35,421 nt of DNA. Source: an uncultured Bacilli bacterium (GTDB taxonomy: Bacteria; Bacillota_I; Bacilli_A; RF39; UBA660). The position numbers and the translations under genes are program-made. The notes under the pieces are model-generated. The model saw only the letters and a list, made by a program, of their open reading frames with translations, did not search any database and was not told the origin of the DNA. Numbering within the stretch: the first letter of the stretch is position 1; every line of letters begins with the position of its first letter. Of this stretch, positions 8,803 through 17,025 are shown piece by piece. The DNA lies in NCBI GenBank assembly GCA_947628765.1, contig CANRBD010000001.1, positions 1 through 35,421 on the forward strand. The letters run 5' to 3'.

Positions 8803-9633
8803 TCACCTCCAATACTTATTTATATTTTTTTCCATCTCTTCTTTAAACAAAGTAAGTCCTTTAAGAAGAAAACCTTTGATAATTAAGTTTTCAGCTTCTT
8901 TAGCGGTAATTCCTCTACTCATTAGATAAAATATTTCATTCTCGTTACACTTACCAATATGTGCACTATGGCTAGCAGCTACATCGTTTTCATCGATAAA
9001 TAAATTAGGTCTAATTTCACATTTATGATTAGTCAAATTGATAATACGATTACTTTGTGCGAGTACACAATCAATGTTATTTTTAGGAACGAAACTAGAA
9101 ACATTAAATTTTAAACTACCATCTTTAATATTAACCCCATTATTGATAATATGACTTTCAGTATTTGGCGCATTATGGTAAACCATAATATCATATTTTT
9201 CTTTATCAGTACTAATAGTTTTTAATAAATAATTTACTTTAGCCTCTTGCCCATTTAAATAAATTATGTCCATTTCCTTTACTTCTTTAGCATCATATAT
9301 TTTATAAATATTAACATTACTATTTTGATCGATTAAATATTTATAACTAACTTTATACTTACCGTCTGTCTTAACTATATATATATTAAAATTGATGTTT
9401 TTCATCACATTAATCTTAAAATCTATTTTCGCATCACTATTATATTCAATCATTAAAGCTGTATCTTTTAAAATCTTAATTTCTATTTGTCTTATGTCAG
9501 CTATGGTACTATTTGATGAAATCTCAATATTACTATCTAAAGTAGTTTGGATTTCATCATCTGCTATATTTATTTTATTCAGCATGTTCATTTTCATGTC
9601 GAACACTCGTACTAAATTCTTTAATTTTATCAT
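8803..9633 (-). CDS. sufD: Short SufB/SufD-family Fe-S assembly protein
   Basis: The C-terminal half matches the SufB/D beta-helix plus helical tail (RPNLFIDENDVAASHSAHIGKCNENEIFYLMSRGITAKEAENLIIKGFL). Only ~260-276 aa. The start is ambiguous: ATGs at 9633, 9597, 9591 and 9585 all overlap the sufC 3' end. Confidence 0.7.
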   Translation of the reverse strand: MIKLKNLVRVFDMKMNMLNKINIADDEIQTTLDSNIEISSNSTIADIRQIEIKILKDTALMIEYNSDAKIDFKINVMKNINFNIYIVKTDGKYKVSYKYLIDQNSNVNIYKIYDAKEVKEMDIIYLNGQEAKVNYLLKTISTDKEKYDIMVYHNAPNTESHIINNGVNIKDGSLKFNVSSFVPKNNIDCVLAQSNRIINLTNHKCEIRPNLFIDENDVAASHSAHIGKCNENEIFYLMSRGITAKEAENLIIKGFLLKGLTLFKEEMEKNINKYWR

Positions 9634-10348
9634 AGCCTTCTTCTTCGATAATTTTTACGAGTGTTTTATCTCCACTTTTAATTATTTTTCCATCTGACAT
9701 AACATGAACATAATCGGGTTTAATATAATCCAAAAGTCTTTGATAATGCGTTATTAATAAAATAGCTGGGTTTTCTTGCTTATGATATTCCATTACACTT
9801 TTGCCAACAATTTTTAAACTATCGACATCTAACCCCGAGTCAATTTCATCTAACATCACTACTTTAGGTTTTAAAATATGCATTTGTAGTATTTCGTTTT
9901 TCTTTCTTTCACCACCAGAAAAACCTTCATTAATACCGCGATGAATCATATCTTTATTCATTTTTAATTTTGCAATATTTTCATCTAATTCTTTGATAAA
10001 ACTATATAATTTAAAGTTTTCATCTTTACTTCTTAAAGCTGTTCTTAAAAAATCAGCATTACTAACGCCCTCAATCTCCATAGGCATTTGCATGCCTAAG
10101 AAAATACCAAGCCTGGCACGTTCATCGACTGGCATTTTAGTGATATCGATATCATTAAAGTAAATATGACCCTTTTTTATTTTATAATTAGCATCTCCCA
10201 TAATAACTTTTGTTAAAGTTGATTTGCCAGTACCATTTGGACCCATAATAGCATGAATTTCGCCAGATTTAATTTCTAAATTAAAATCTTTAAGAATAAT
10301 TTTATTATTAATGGTAACTGTTAAATTATCTATTTTTAAACTGTTCAT
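9575..10348 (-). CDS. sufC: Fe-S cluster assembly ATPase SufC
   Basis: Walker A GPNGTGKST, signature FSGGERKK, Walker B VVMLDEIDSGLD, typical SufC length. Start moved to the ATG at 10348 (MNSLKIDNL), 5 nt after AGGTGA. Confidence 0.9.
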   Translation of the reverse strand: MNSLKIDNLTVTINNKIILKDFNLEIKSGEIHAIMGPNGTGKSTLTKVIMGDANYKIKKGHIYFNDIDITKMPVDERARLGIFLGMQMPMEIEGVSNADFLRTALRSKDENFKLYSFIKELDENIAKLKMNKDMIHRGINEGFSGGERKKNEILQMHILKPKVVMLDEIDSGLDVDSLKIVGKSVMEYHKQENPAILLITHYQRLLDYIKPDYVHVMSDGKIIKSGDKTLVKIIEEEGYDKIKEFSTSVRHENEHAE

Positions 10349-10451
10349 GTGCATCACCTACAAATATTTTATCACTTTTTTTATTATTTTTGTATAACTT
10401 TATCTAAAGTTACTCATAATATTATAGAATATTCCGCAGATATTCATGCAA

Positions 10452-10476
10452 AAAAGAGTTCTAAAACTCTTTTTTT
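10452..10476. terminator. Orphan terminator-like hairpin between divergent genes
   Basis: Stem AAAAGAGTT (10452-10460) / AACTCTTTT (10465-10473) with loop CTAA. It is flanked by an A run and a T run, so it would work on either strand. No gene reads into it from either side. Confidence 0.45.
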
Positions 10477-10510
10477 GTGATACAATATATAAACGAAGGG
10501 TGGTTTGGTT

Positions 10511-10711
10511 ATGGAAAAAGAGACTTTTGATAATGTTAATGCGCAAATAGCTATGTTAAAATTAGCTAAATGCATGATACTTACGGGTCATGATAAAACA
10601 ACTAGTCAAAAACTCACATATTTTAGGCAATTACGCGCACGCATTAATAATGGCGAAGAAAAAGCTATTAATGAAGCTTTAAATATGCATCCAATAAAAT
10701 TAAGAAGATAA
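10511..10711 (+). CDS. Hypothetical small basic protein (66 aa)
   Basis: ATG at 10511 preceded by GAAGGGTGG. Putative extended -10 TGaTACAAT just upstream. No motif recognised. Confidence 0.45.
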   Translation: MEKETFDNVNAQIAMLKLAKCMILTGHDKTTSQKLTYFRQLRARINNGEEKAINEALNMHPIKLRR

Positions 10712-10769
10712 GACTTAGAGCTTATTTTTTTAATGAATATGTGTTATACTTAATATGGAGAGTGATAAA

Positions 10770-11135
10770 ATGGACTGTATTTTTTGTAAAATTATTAACG
10801 GAGATATCCCTTCATATACATTATATGAAGATGATAAAGTTAAAGTATTTTTAGATGTCAATCCTATAACTAATGGGCATACCTTAATTGTTCCTAAAAA
10901 ACATTACACCGATTTATTCGATATTCCTAATGATCTTTTAATTCATATTTTTGAAATAGCTAGAAAAATGGATACTATTTTTAAAGAAAAATTGGGTTCT
11001 GAAGGCCTTACGCTAATTCAAAACAATGGTTTACCTCAAGAAGTAAAACATTTTCACCTTCATTTAGAACCTAAATATTCTTACAAAACTGAACTTATGA
11101 ATGTCGAAGATGTATACAATCAATTAAAAGATTAA
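10770..11135 (+). CDS. HIT-family (histidine triad) nucleotide hydrolase/transferase
   Basis: N-terminus MDCIFCKIINGDIP and histidine triad HFHLHLEP. Start moved to the ATG at 10770 after GGAGAGTGA. Confidence 0.85.
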   Translation: MDCIFCKIINGDIPSYTLYEDDKVKVFLDVNPITNGHTLIVPKKHYTDLFDIPNDLLIHIFEIARKMDTIFKEKLGSEGLTLIQNNGLPQEVKHFHLHLEPKYSYKTELMNVEDVYNQLKD

Positions 11136-11136
11136 A

Positions 11137-11162
11137 TAAAAACCTTATAATAAGGTTTTTTT
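11137..11162. terminator. Bidirectional terminator between convergent HIT and phosphoesterase genes
   Basis: Stem AACCTTA (11141-11147) / TAAGGTT (11151-11157), flanked by an A run and a T run. Confidence 0.7.
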
Positions 11163-11165
11163 ATA

Positions 11166-11873
11166 TCAATATAATTTTTTTAAAGTAAATGGTTTGATAT
11201 CGTGATACATAAATTCAATATTATCTACTTTTTTATCAGTGTGAAAATGACCACAATACCACTTTTGATAATCAGTAACTTCTTCAATTTCATCTAAAAA
11301 ATATTCGGTACTGTTATCAATTACTTTTTGATCTATGCCTTCAATAAACATTTCTCTTGGCAAATATTTATATGGACATGTATGTGATAAAATAATATCA
11401 ATTTTATTATTTCTTTTGTTTAACACTTGCCTAACTTTGTCTTTGGTTTCTAAAGATGGTTGCTCACTTTCATACCATGGGCTACCCATTTGTATCCTAT
11501 AATATTTATCAACACTATAGGCCCCGCCAATTACTAAAGTTTGCTTATTATCAAAATCATATATTTCCGCATCTTTCGCAAATAAAATATTTGGATATTC
11601 TTCTTCAAAATATACAAGACCTTGATGAAATGTTTGTAATTTATAACCATCTATATTTTCAGGTCTTTCTTCATGATTACCATGAATACAGAAAAATGTA
11701 ATAGGTAAATCTGCTAATTCTTTTTTTAACTCAATATCATTACTATTTAAATAATAATTAATACCGGCATCCCCTAAGATAATTAAAATGTCTTCTAAAG
11801 TAGTTTTAGTTTGCTTTACAAAACGATGAATAGACCAATAATATCCATGTTTATCACCAGTAATATATATCAT
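11166..11873 (-). CDS. Metallophosphoesterase (calcineurin-like, Ser/Thr phosphatase-type fold)
   Basis: Ordered motifs GDKHG, LGDAG, HGNHE and GHFH. RBS AGGTGA. Confidence 0.75.
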   Translation of the reverse strand: MIYITGDKHGYYWSIHRFVKQTKTTLEDILIILGDAGINYYLNSNDIELKKELADLPITFFCIHGNHEERPENIDGYKLQTFHQGLVYFEEEYPNILFAKDAEIYDFDNKQTLVIGGAYSVDKYYRIQMGSPWYESEQPSLETKDKVRQVLNKRNNKIDIILSHTCPYKYLPREMFIEGIDQKVIDNSTEYFLDEIEEVTDYQKWYCGHFHTDKKVDNIEFMYHDIKPFTLKKLY

Positions 11874-11910
11874 ATTATCACCTATTTTTAATTATAACAT
11901 ATTTTTGCTT

Positions 11911-11940
11911 AAAGAAAAAAACAGTTTTTAAACTGTTTTT
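11911..11940 (-). terminator. Rho-independent terminator after the CotD-like gene
   Basis: Near-perfect palindrome AAAACAGTTT/AAACTGTTTT (11918-11939). TTTTTTC follows on the minus strand. Confidence 0.65.
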
Positions 11941-12233
11941 TAAAAATTGTTATTAGCAAAATTGGCGCAGCAACCTGGATCATTATTAACCACTTGATCT
12001 TCTTCTGAACATGTATATTGTGGTGTATATGTATGATTGTAAATGTGACGATTTACAACATGTGTATGAATAGGACATACGTGTTTTACTTCGTGACAAA
12101 ATTCTCTTTCAACGCATTTATTAATAACTGGTTCAACAATAGGACAGTCTGGCTGTCTATCACAGCAGTCCATATCATTCATCATAGGCATTTGATTGTT
12201 GCCTCCGAACATACAACAATTTTTTCTAAACAT
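11940..12233 (-). CDS. CotD-like Cys/His-rich spore coat protein (tentative)
   Basis: 97 aa. The central segment IVEPVINKCVEREFCHEVKHVCPIHTHVVNRHIYNHTYTPQY resembles the CotD family pattern (xVxP..., H.V.H..PIHTH..N.H). CC doublets occur near both ends. RBS AGGGGGAA. Confidence 0.5.
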   Translation of the reverse strand: MFRKNCCMFGGNNQMPMMNDMDCCDRQPDCPIVEPVINKCVEREFCHEVKHVCPIHTHVVNRHIYNHTYTPQYTCSEEDQVVNNDPGCCANFANNNF

Positions 12234-12303
12234 TGTGTTTCCCCCTATCTAACATATAATATGAGGAACTTTTGTTTATGAATATGTTAATGTCATGAAA
12301 ATT

Positions 12304-13905
12304 TTAAAATATTCCTGTTACTTTATCATCAATAATATCTATTTGTTCATAATTAGGCTTTGATGGTAATCCAGGCATAGTCATAATATCACCTAGTAAA
12401 ACTGTAACAAATCCAGCACCATTATATAATCTAACATCTTTAACTGTAACTGTAAAATCTTTAGGATAACCAAGTTTTGTAGCATCATCAGAAATAGAAT
12501 ATTGGGTTTTGGCGATACAAATAGGTAACCTATCTAAATCCCAAGACTCAATTTTTTTAATTTTATCTAAAGCGATATCCGTATATTCCACTTTGCCAGC
12601 ATGATATATTTTAGTAGCAATCGTTTCGATTTTTTCTTTAATACTTTGATTATCATTGTAAATCGGTGTAAAGTTAGATTCTTCTTTACATAAGTCCATA
12701 ACTTTTTGCGCTAAAGCGATAGCTCCTTTACCACCATCAGTATAAGCTGTACTAGTAATGGCATTAATTTTTTCTTTAGCGCAAAAGTCTTTGATTATAT
12801 TTATTTCTTCAGTTTTATCATCTTGATACTTATTAATACAAACAACTAATGGCACTTTATATTGTTTTAAATTTTGAATATGGACTAGTAAATTATCAAG
12901 TCCTGTTTGTAATTTGACGATTTCATCATTACCAGTTCCATTGTATTTTAAAGCTTTAGTGGTAGCTACTAAAACTAAAGCATTAGGTTTTAAATCGTTA
13001 TTTTTACATTTGATGTCTAAAAATTTTTCGGCTCCTAAATCAGCACCAAAACCAGCTTCGGTAATTACATAATCGGCAAGTGATAAAGAAAGATTAGTAG
13101 CGATAACACTATTACAACCATGAGCAATATTAGCAAAAGGTCCACCATGAACAATGGCCGGCGTATTTTCTAAAGTTTGAACTAAATTCGGTTTAAAAGC
13201 ATCTTTTAAAATTACCGTTAAAGCTCCTTCGATATTTAATTCTTTAGCAAAAACTGGTTTATCATCTTCATTATAACCGATAATGATATTTCCTAAACGA
13301 TGTTTTAAATTATCAAGGGAAGTAGCTAAACAAAATAGCGCCATAATTTCACTAGCGGCTGTGATATTAAAACTGTCAAAGCGATTATCCCCAACCGTTA
13401 TTTTTCTTAAGGCTCTATCATTGACATCTAAAGCACGATTAAAAGTTACTTCTTTGATTTTAAGTTTATTGCCTCTAAAAATATGATTATCAATAGCCGC
13501 ACATAATAAATTATTTGCCGCTGTGATGGCATGGAAATCGCCTGTAAAGTGAAGATTAATCTCATCCATTGGAACTATTTGAGAATATCCACCACCAGTA
13601 GCTCCACCTTTTAAGCCAAAAACCGGTCCCATTGATGGTTGTCTTAAACATACAACAACTTTTTCATGTAACTGATTAAAAGCATCAGCTAAACCAATAC
13701 TAACTGTGGTTTTACCTTCACCAAAAGGCGTTGGACTAATGGCAGTTACTAATATTAGTTTCCCACTATGATTAGTAATTTCTTTATTTATTTTTGCTTT
13801 ATCATGGCCATAACAAATTAAATCTTCTTTTTTAAGGCCTAATTTTTTAGCAATATCTGCAATATCTTTTTTATGACATTTACTTGCAATTTCTAAATCC
13901 GTCAT
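12304..13905 (-). CDS. fhs: Formate--tetrahydrofolate ligase
   Basis: Typical N-terminus MTDLEIASK...IADIAKKLGL, P-loop-like TPFGEGKTTVSIGL, and end-to-end FTHFS-like sequence. Start moved to the ATG at 13905 after GGTGAT, which removes the overlap with ddl. Confidence 0.92.
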   Translation of the reverse strand: MTDLEIASKCHKKDIADIAKKLGLKKEDLICYGHDKAKINKEITNHSGKLILVTAISPTPFGEGKTTVSIGLADAFNQLHEKVVVCLRQPSMGPVFGLKGGATGGGYSQIVPMDEINLHFTGDFHAITAANNLLCAAIDNHIFRGNKLKIKEVTFNRALDVNDRALRKITVGDNRFDSFNITAASEIMALFCLATSLDNLKHRLGNIIIGYNEDDKPVFAKELNIEGALTVILKDAFKPNLVQTLENTPAIVHGGPFANIAHGCNSVIATNLSLSLADYVITEAGFGADLGAEKFLDIKCKNNDLKPNALVLVATTKALKYNGTGNDEIVKLQTGLDNLLVHIQNLKQYKVPLVVCINKYQDDKTEEINIIKDFCAKEKINAITSTAYTDGGKGAIALAQKVMDLCKEESNFTPIYNDNQSIKEKIETIATKIYHAGKVEYTDIALDKIKKIESWDLDRLPICIAKTQYSISDDATKLGYPKDFTVTVKDVRLYNGAGFVTVLLGDIMTMPGLPSKPNYEQIDIIDDKVTGIF

Positions 13906-13921
13906 TTTATCACCACTTTCA

Positions 13922-14941
13922 TTAATTTTGTCCATCAATTATAATCTCACACAATTCATTATACGAAATACCATCCGCTAAAGCCGCTTGTGGCAGCAAA
14001 CTAGTTGGGGTCATGCCCGGTAAGGTATTAGCTTCTAAACAATAAATTTTTTGATTATTATCTAATAAAAAGTCTATTCGTGAATATAAACCTAAATGCA
14101 GCGTATGATGTACTTTTAAAGCTTCTTTTTGTAGTTTTTTAGTCAATTCGGCAGATATTAATGCGGGACATTCTTCAATAGTAAGACCTTTTTGATATTT
14201 ATTTTTGTAATCATAAAAACCCTTTAATGGTTTAATTTCAATCACTGGCAAGGCTTTATCATTTATAATACCAACTGTAAATTCCCGTCCATTTATTTTT
14301 TCTTCAATCAAAATATTAGACTCATAGATTTGAGCATTGGCAATCGCTTCATTTAATTGTTTTTTATTATCAGCTATAGTGATACCCACACTAGAACCAT
14401 TTGAACATGGCTTAACTACACAAGGATAACTTACTGAACTAAGATTATAAGCTTTTTGCGTATCAAGACAAATCCATTTCGGAGTTGATATGTCATTTGC
14501 TATCATTAACTTTTTACTAATATCTTTGTTCATAGCTAACATACTACCTAAAGCTGAAGAACCAGTATATTTAATATTATAAATATCAAACAAAGATTGT
14601 AATTGACCATTTTCTCCAATCGAACCATGTAACGCTAAAAAGACTATGTCTGCTTGTTTACACAAATCAATAATATATTTATCAATTAAATAATCATCGC
14701 CTTTTAATTTTTTAATATATTCTAAGTCTGGTTCTTGTTCTGGAATTTTATAACTATATTGAAAATGCTCTTTTTTATTATGATAAATAGGTACAAATTC
14801 TTTGTTTAACTTTCCAAGATATAAATCGGCAAGCATTACATCATGGCCATTTTGCATTAAAGCATTAGCAACTAAAGAGCCTGAAGAAAATGACACATCT
14901 CTTTCCATACTAAGACCGCCGGCTAAAACAACTACCTTCAT
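13922..14941 (-). CDS. ddl: D-alanine--D-alanine ligase
   Basis: N-terminus MKVVVLAGGLSMERDVSFSSG, ATP-grasp core, C-terminal LEANTLPGMTPTSLLP. RBS GAGGTGA. Confidence 0.9.
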   Translation of the reverse strand: MKVVVLAGGLSMERDVSFSSGSLVANALMQNGHDVMLADLYLGKLNKEFVPIYHNKKEHFQYSYKIPEQEPDLEYIKKLKGDDYLIDKYIIDLCKQADIVFLALHGSIGENGQLQSLFDIYNIKYTGSSALGSMLAMNKDISKKLMIANDISTPKWICLDTQKAYNLSSVSYPCVVKPCSNGSSVGITIADNKKQLNEAIANAQIYESNILIEEKINGREFTVGIINDKALPVIEIKPLKGFYDYKNKYQKGLTIEECPALISAELTKKLQKEALKVHHTLHLGLYSRIDFLLDNNQKIYCLEANTLPGMTPTSLLPQAALADGISYNELCEIIIDGQN

Positions 14942-14971
14942 AATCTCACCTCTAATTTAAGTATACCACAA

Positions 14972-15000
14972 ACAAAAAACACTTATTAATTAAAATAAGT
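14972..15000 (-). terminator. Rho-independent terminator after ffh
   Basis: Stem ACTTATT (14981-14987) / AATAAGT (14994-15000). GTTTTTGTT follows on the minus strand. Confidence 0.55.
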
Positions 15001-15009
15001 ATTTTTTTA

Positions 15010-16317
15010 TTAAAATGGTAAATTCATATTGCCATTTTTGAATCTTTTCATCATTATTTTCATTTGTTCAAATTGTTTTAAAAGTCTATTTACTTCCTCA
15101 ACTGAAGTACCACTACCTAAAGCAACTCTTTTTTTACGACTCGCTTTTAATAAATCGGGATTATGTCTTTCCTTAGGTGTCATCGAAAGAATAATCGCTT
15201 CGATATGAGCCATTTGTTTAGGATCGATATTCACATTATTAAGTCCCATTTTTTTTGCGCCAGGAATTAATTTTAATAAGTTTTCAAGTGGTCCTAATTT
15301 TTTTATTTGATTTAACTGCGTAAGAAAATCTTCTAAATCAAATTTTCCTTTTTGCATTTTTTCAGCAGCTTTTAAAGCTTCTTCATCGTTAAGCAAGGCT
15401 TCTGCTTTTTCAGCCATACCCATTAAGTCACCCATATCTAAAATACGGTTGGCCATTCTTTCAGGATAAAATTTTTCAAGGCCATCCATTTTTTCACTAA
15501 CACCGATAAATTTAATTGGGATATTCGTTAAATGTCTAATTGATAGAGCTGCTCCCCCTTTAGTATCACCATCTAATTTTGTTAAAATAGCTCCAGTTAA
15601 AGAAAGCGCATTATTAAAGCCTTCAATCACATTAACCGCATCTTGCCCGGTCATACTATCGACAACTAAAATAATCTCATTAGGTTTAATAGCCGCACTA
15701 ATATTTTTAAGTTCATCCATTAACTCTTCATCAATATGAAGCCTTCCGGCAGTATCGATTAAAACATAATTAAAACCATTTTCTTTAGCATACTCAACAG
15801 CATTTTTAGCTATTTCAACAGGATCTTTTTTACCTTCACTATAAACCTCAATATTAAGTTCTTTACCTAATTGCTTTAATTGGTCAATAGCTGCCGGACG
15901 ATAAACATCACAAGCCACCATTAATGGTTTAAGTCCAAGTTTTTTTCTTAAATATAAAGCCAGTTTACCAACCGTAGTTGTTTTACCACTACCTTGAAGA
16001 CCCGTCATCATTAAAATGGTCATTGGTTTAATAACAATTAATGGTTCATCTTCTTTACCTAATAAATTTACAAGTTCATCTTTAACAATTTTAACGAAAA
16101 CTTCACCTGGTTTTAAAGACTTAGCTACTTCTTCCCCTAAAGCTTTTTCTTTAACATTATTTACAAATTCTTTAACAACTTTATAGTTGACATCGGCTTC
16201 CAATAAAGCTAATCTAATTTCTCTTGTGACATCACTGATATTATCCTCAGTGATTTTCCCATAACCTTTAATTTTATTTAAAGCATTTTGTAATCTATCA
16301 CCTAAGTTTTCAAACAT
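15010..16317 (-). CDS. ffh: Signal recognition particle protein Ffh
   Basis: G-domain motifs GLQGSGKTTT, DTAGR and TKLDG, with a Met-rich C-terminal M domain. RBS AGGTGA. Confidence 0.95.
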   Translation of the reverse strand: MFENLGDRLQNALNKIKGYGKITEDNISDVTREIRLALLEADVNYKVVKEFVNNVKEKALGEEVAKSLKPGEVFVKIVKDELVNLLGKEDEPLIVIKPMTILMMTGLQGSGKTTTVGKLALYLRKKLGLKPLMVACDVYRPAAIDQLKQLGKELNIEVYSEGKKDPVEIAKNAVEYAKENGFNYVLIDTAGRLHIDEELMDELKNISAAIKPNEIILVVDSMTGQDAVNVIEGFNNALSLTGAILTKLDGDTKGGAALSIRHLTNIPIKFIGVSEKMDGLEKFYPERMANRILDMGDLMGMAEKAEALLNDEEALKAAEKMQKGKFDLEDFLTQLNQIKKLGPLENLLKLIPGAKKMGLNNVNIDPKQMAHIEAIILSMTPKERHNPDLLKASRKKRVALGSGTSVEEVNRLLKQFEQMKIMMKRFKNGNMNLPF

Positions 16318-16350
16318 TGTATCACCTACATTTTATTATACAGCATTAAA

Positions 16351-16377
16351 GAAAAAAAAGCTATCTATTCATAGCTT
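16351..16377 (-). terminator. Rho-independent terminator after the acidic membrane protein gene
   Basis: Stem AAGCTAT (16358-16364) / ATAGCTT (16371-16377). An 8-nt T run follows on the minus strand. Confidence 0.7.
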
Positions 16378-16957
16378 ATTTTATATGTTTCAAATTATCA
16401 CGGTCAGTTTTATTTAGCATAACCATATCAGTAGATGTATCTTTTTCTTTATAAGATAATGAACCATCAACATTAACAGTAAATTCATATGTATTATCAG
16501 CATCAGTTGTGTTATCAGTGTCTTGATCGGCATTTTCTTCAGTATCAGTTGTCTCATCTACATTATTATTAGTTCTAGTTAATATAACTTTACCATCACT
16601 ATAGGTATAAGTACCTCTAATAGTTTCTTCGGTATCCCCAGTTTTAACAAAAGTGGCGGTACCATCTTCTTCAAGAACTAATTCCACTGTTACTCTATCT
16701 TCTTCGTTATCGGTAACAGCATCAGCGGCATCTTCAAGCACATTACTATTCTTATTATAAGTACCCGTGTAAGCACCAGCGACATCAGTGCTTTCATCAC
16801 TTGTATCATCAGTAGTATCATTTTCAGTTGTTGTTGTTTCATTTGTATTGTCTTTATTATCCATACTGTTAAATACGAAGAATGCAACAAGCGCTGCTAA
16901 AGCAATAGCGATTATGACAATTATAATAGTCATACTATTATTTTTCTTATCATCCAT
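16376..16957 (-). CDS. Membrane-anchored, highly acidic Thr/Asp/Glu-rich protein (hypothetical)
   Basis: 193 aa with one N-terminal TM helix (MTIIIVIIAIALAALVAFFVF). This is followed by low-complexity D/E/T/N sequence interrupted by short beta-like segments (VELVLEEDGTATFVKTGD, YEFTVNVDGSLSYKEKD). RBS GAAAGGTGG. Confidence 0.6.
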   Translation of the reverse strand: MDDKKNNSMTIIIVIIAIALAALVAFFVFNSMDNKDNTNETTTTENDTTDDTSDESTDVAGAYTGTYNKNSNVLEDAADAVTDNEEDRVTVELVLEEDGTATFVKTGDTEETIRGTYTYSDGKVILTRTNNNVDETTDTEENADQDTDNTTDADNTYEFTVNVDGSLSYKEKDTSTDMVMLNKTDRDNLKHIK

Positions 16958-17025
16958 GTTTTTACCACCTTTCCAATATTATCATGTGCATAAAACGTAG
17001 ATTTATAAGAAAAAAATTATGTTTT

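Noticed and set aside
9392-9697. 101-aa plus-strand ORF across the sufD/sufC junction. The same judgement applies to other antisense track ORFs: 11456-11701, 12018-12281, 13283-13486, 18985-19218, 21142-21369, 21517-21699, 22246-22533, 28270-28476, 29353-29568, 29678-29860 and 34528-34728.
   Set aside because: All lie opposite strongly supported genes, lack Shine-Dalgarno sequences and translate to Ile/Leu/Phe/Ser-rich low-complexity strings expected from the reverse complement of AT-rich coding DNA.
12255-12263. CATATTATA upstream of the CotD-like gene, considered as a SigK-type -10 (CATA---TA)
   Set aside because: I could not find the required AC element at 16-17 nt upstream. The motif is also indistinguishable from a generic AT-rich -10-like sequence.
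15010-16317. ffh lacking its usual neighbours (ylxM upstream, rpsP-rimM-trmD downstream), considered as a separate anomaly
   Set aside because: The observation is real but uninformative on its own. It is consistent with the generally scrambled synteny of this genome (see the tsf, mutL and suf findings), and there are no unusual sequence features at the junctions beyond ordinary terminators.
16690-17000. Alternative-frame and antisense ORFs (16690-16890 minus, 16788-17000 plus) over the acidic protein gene
   Set aside because: These are artefacts of the repetitive GAT/GAA/ACT codon composition. The RBS-preceded frame with the TM helix is the only one with a start context and a terminator.
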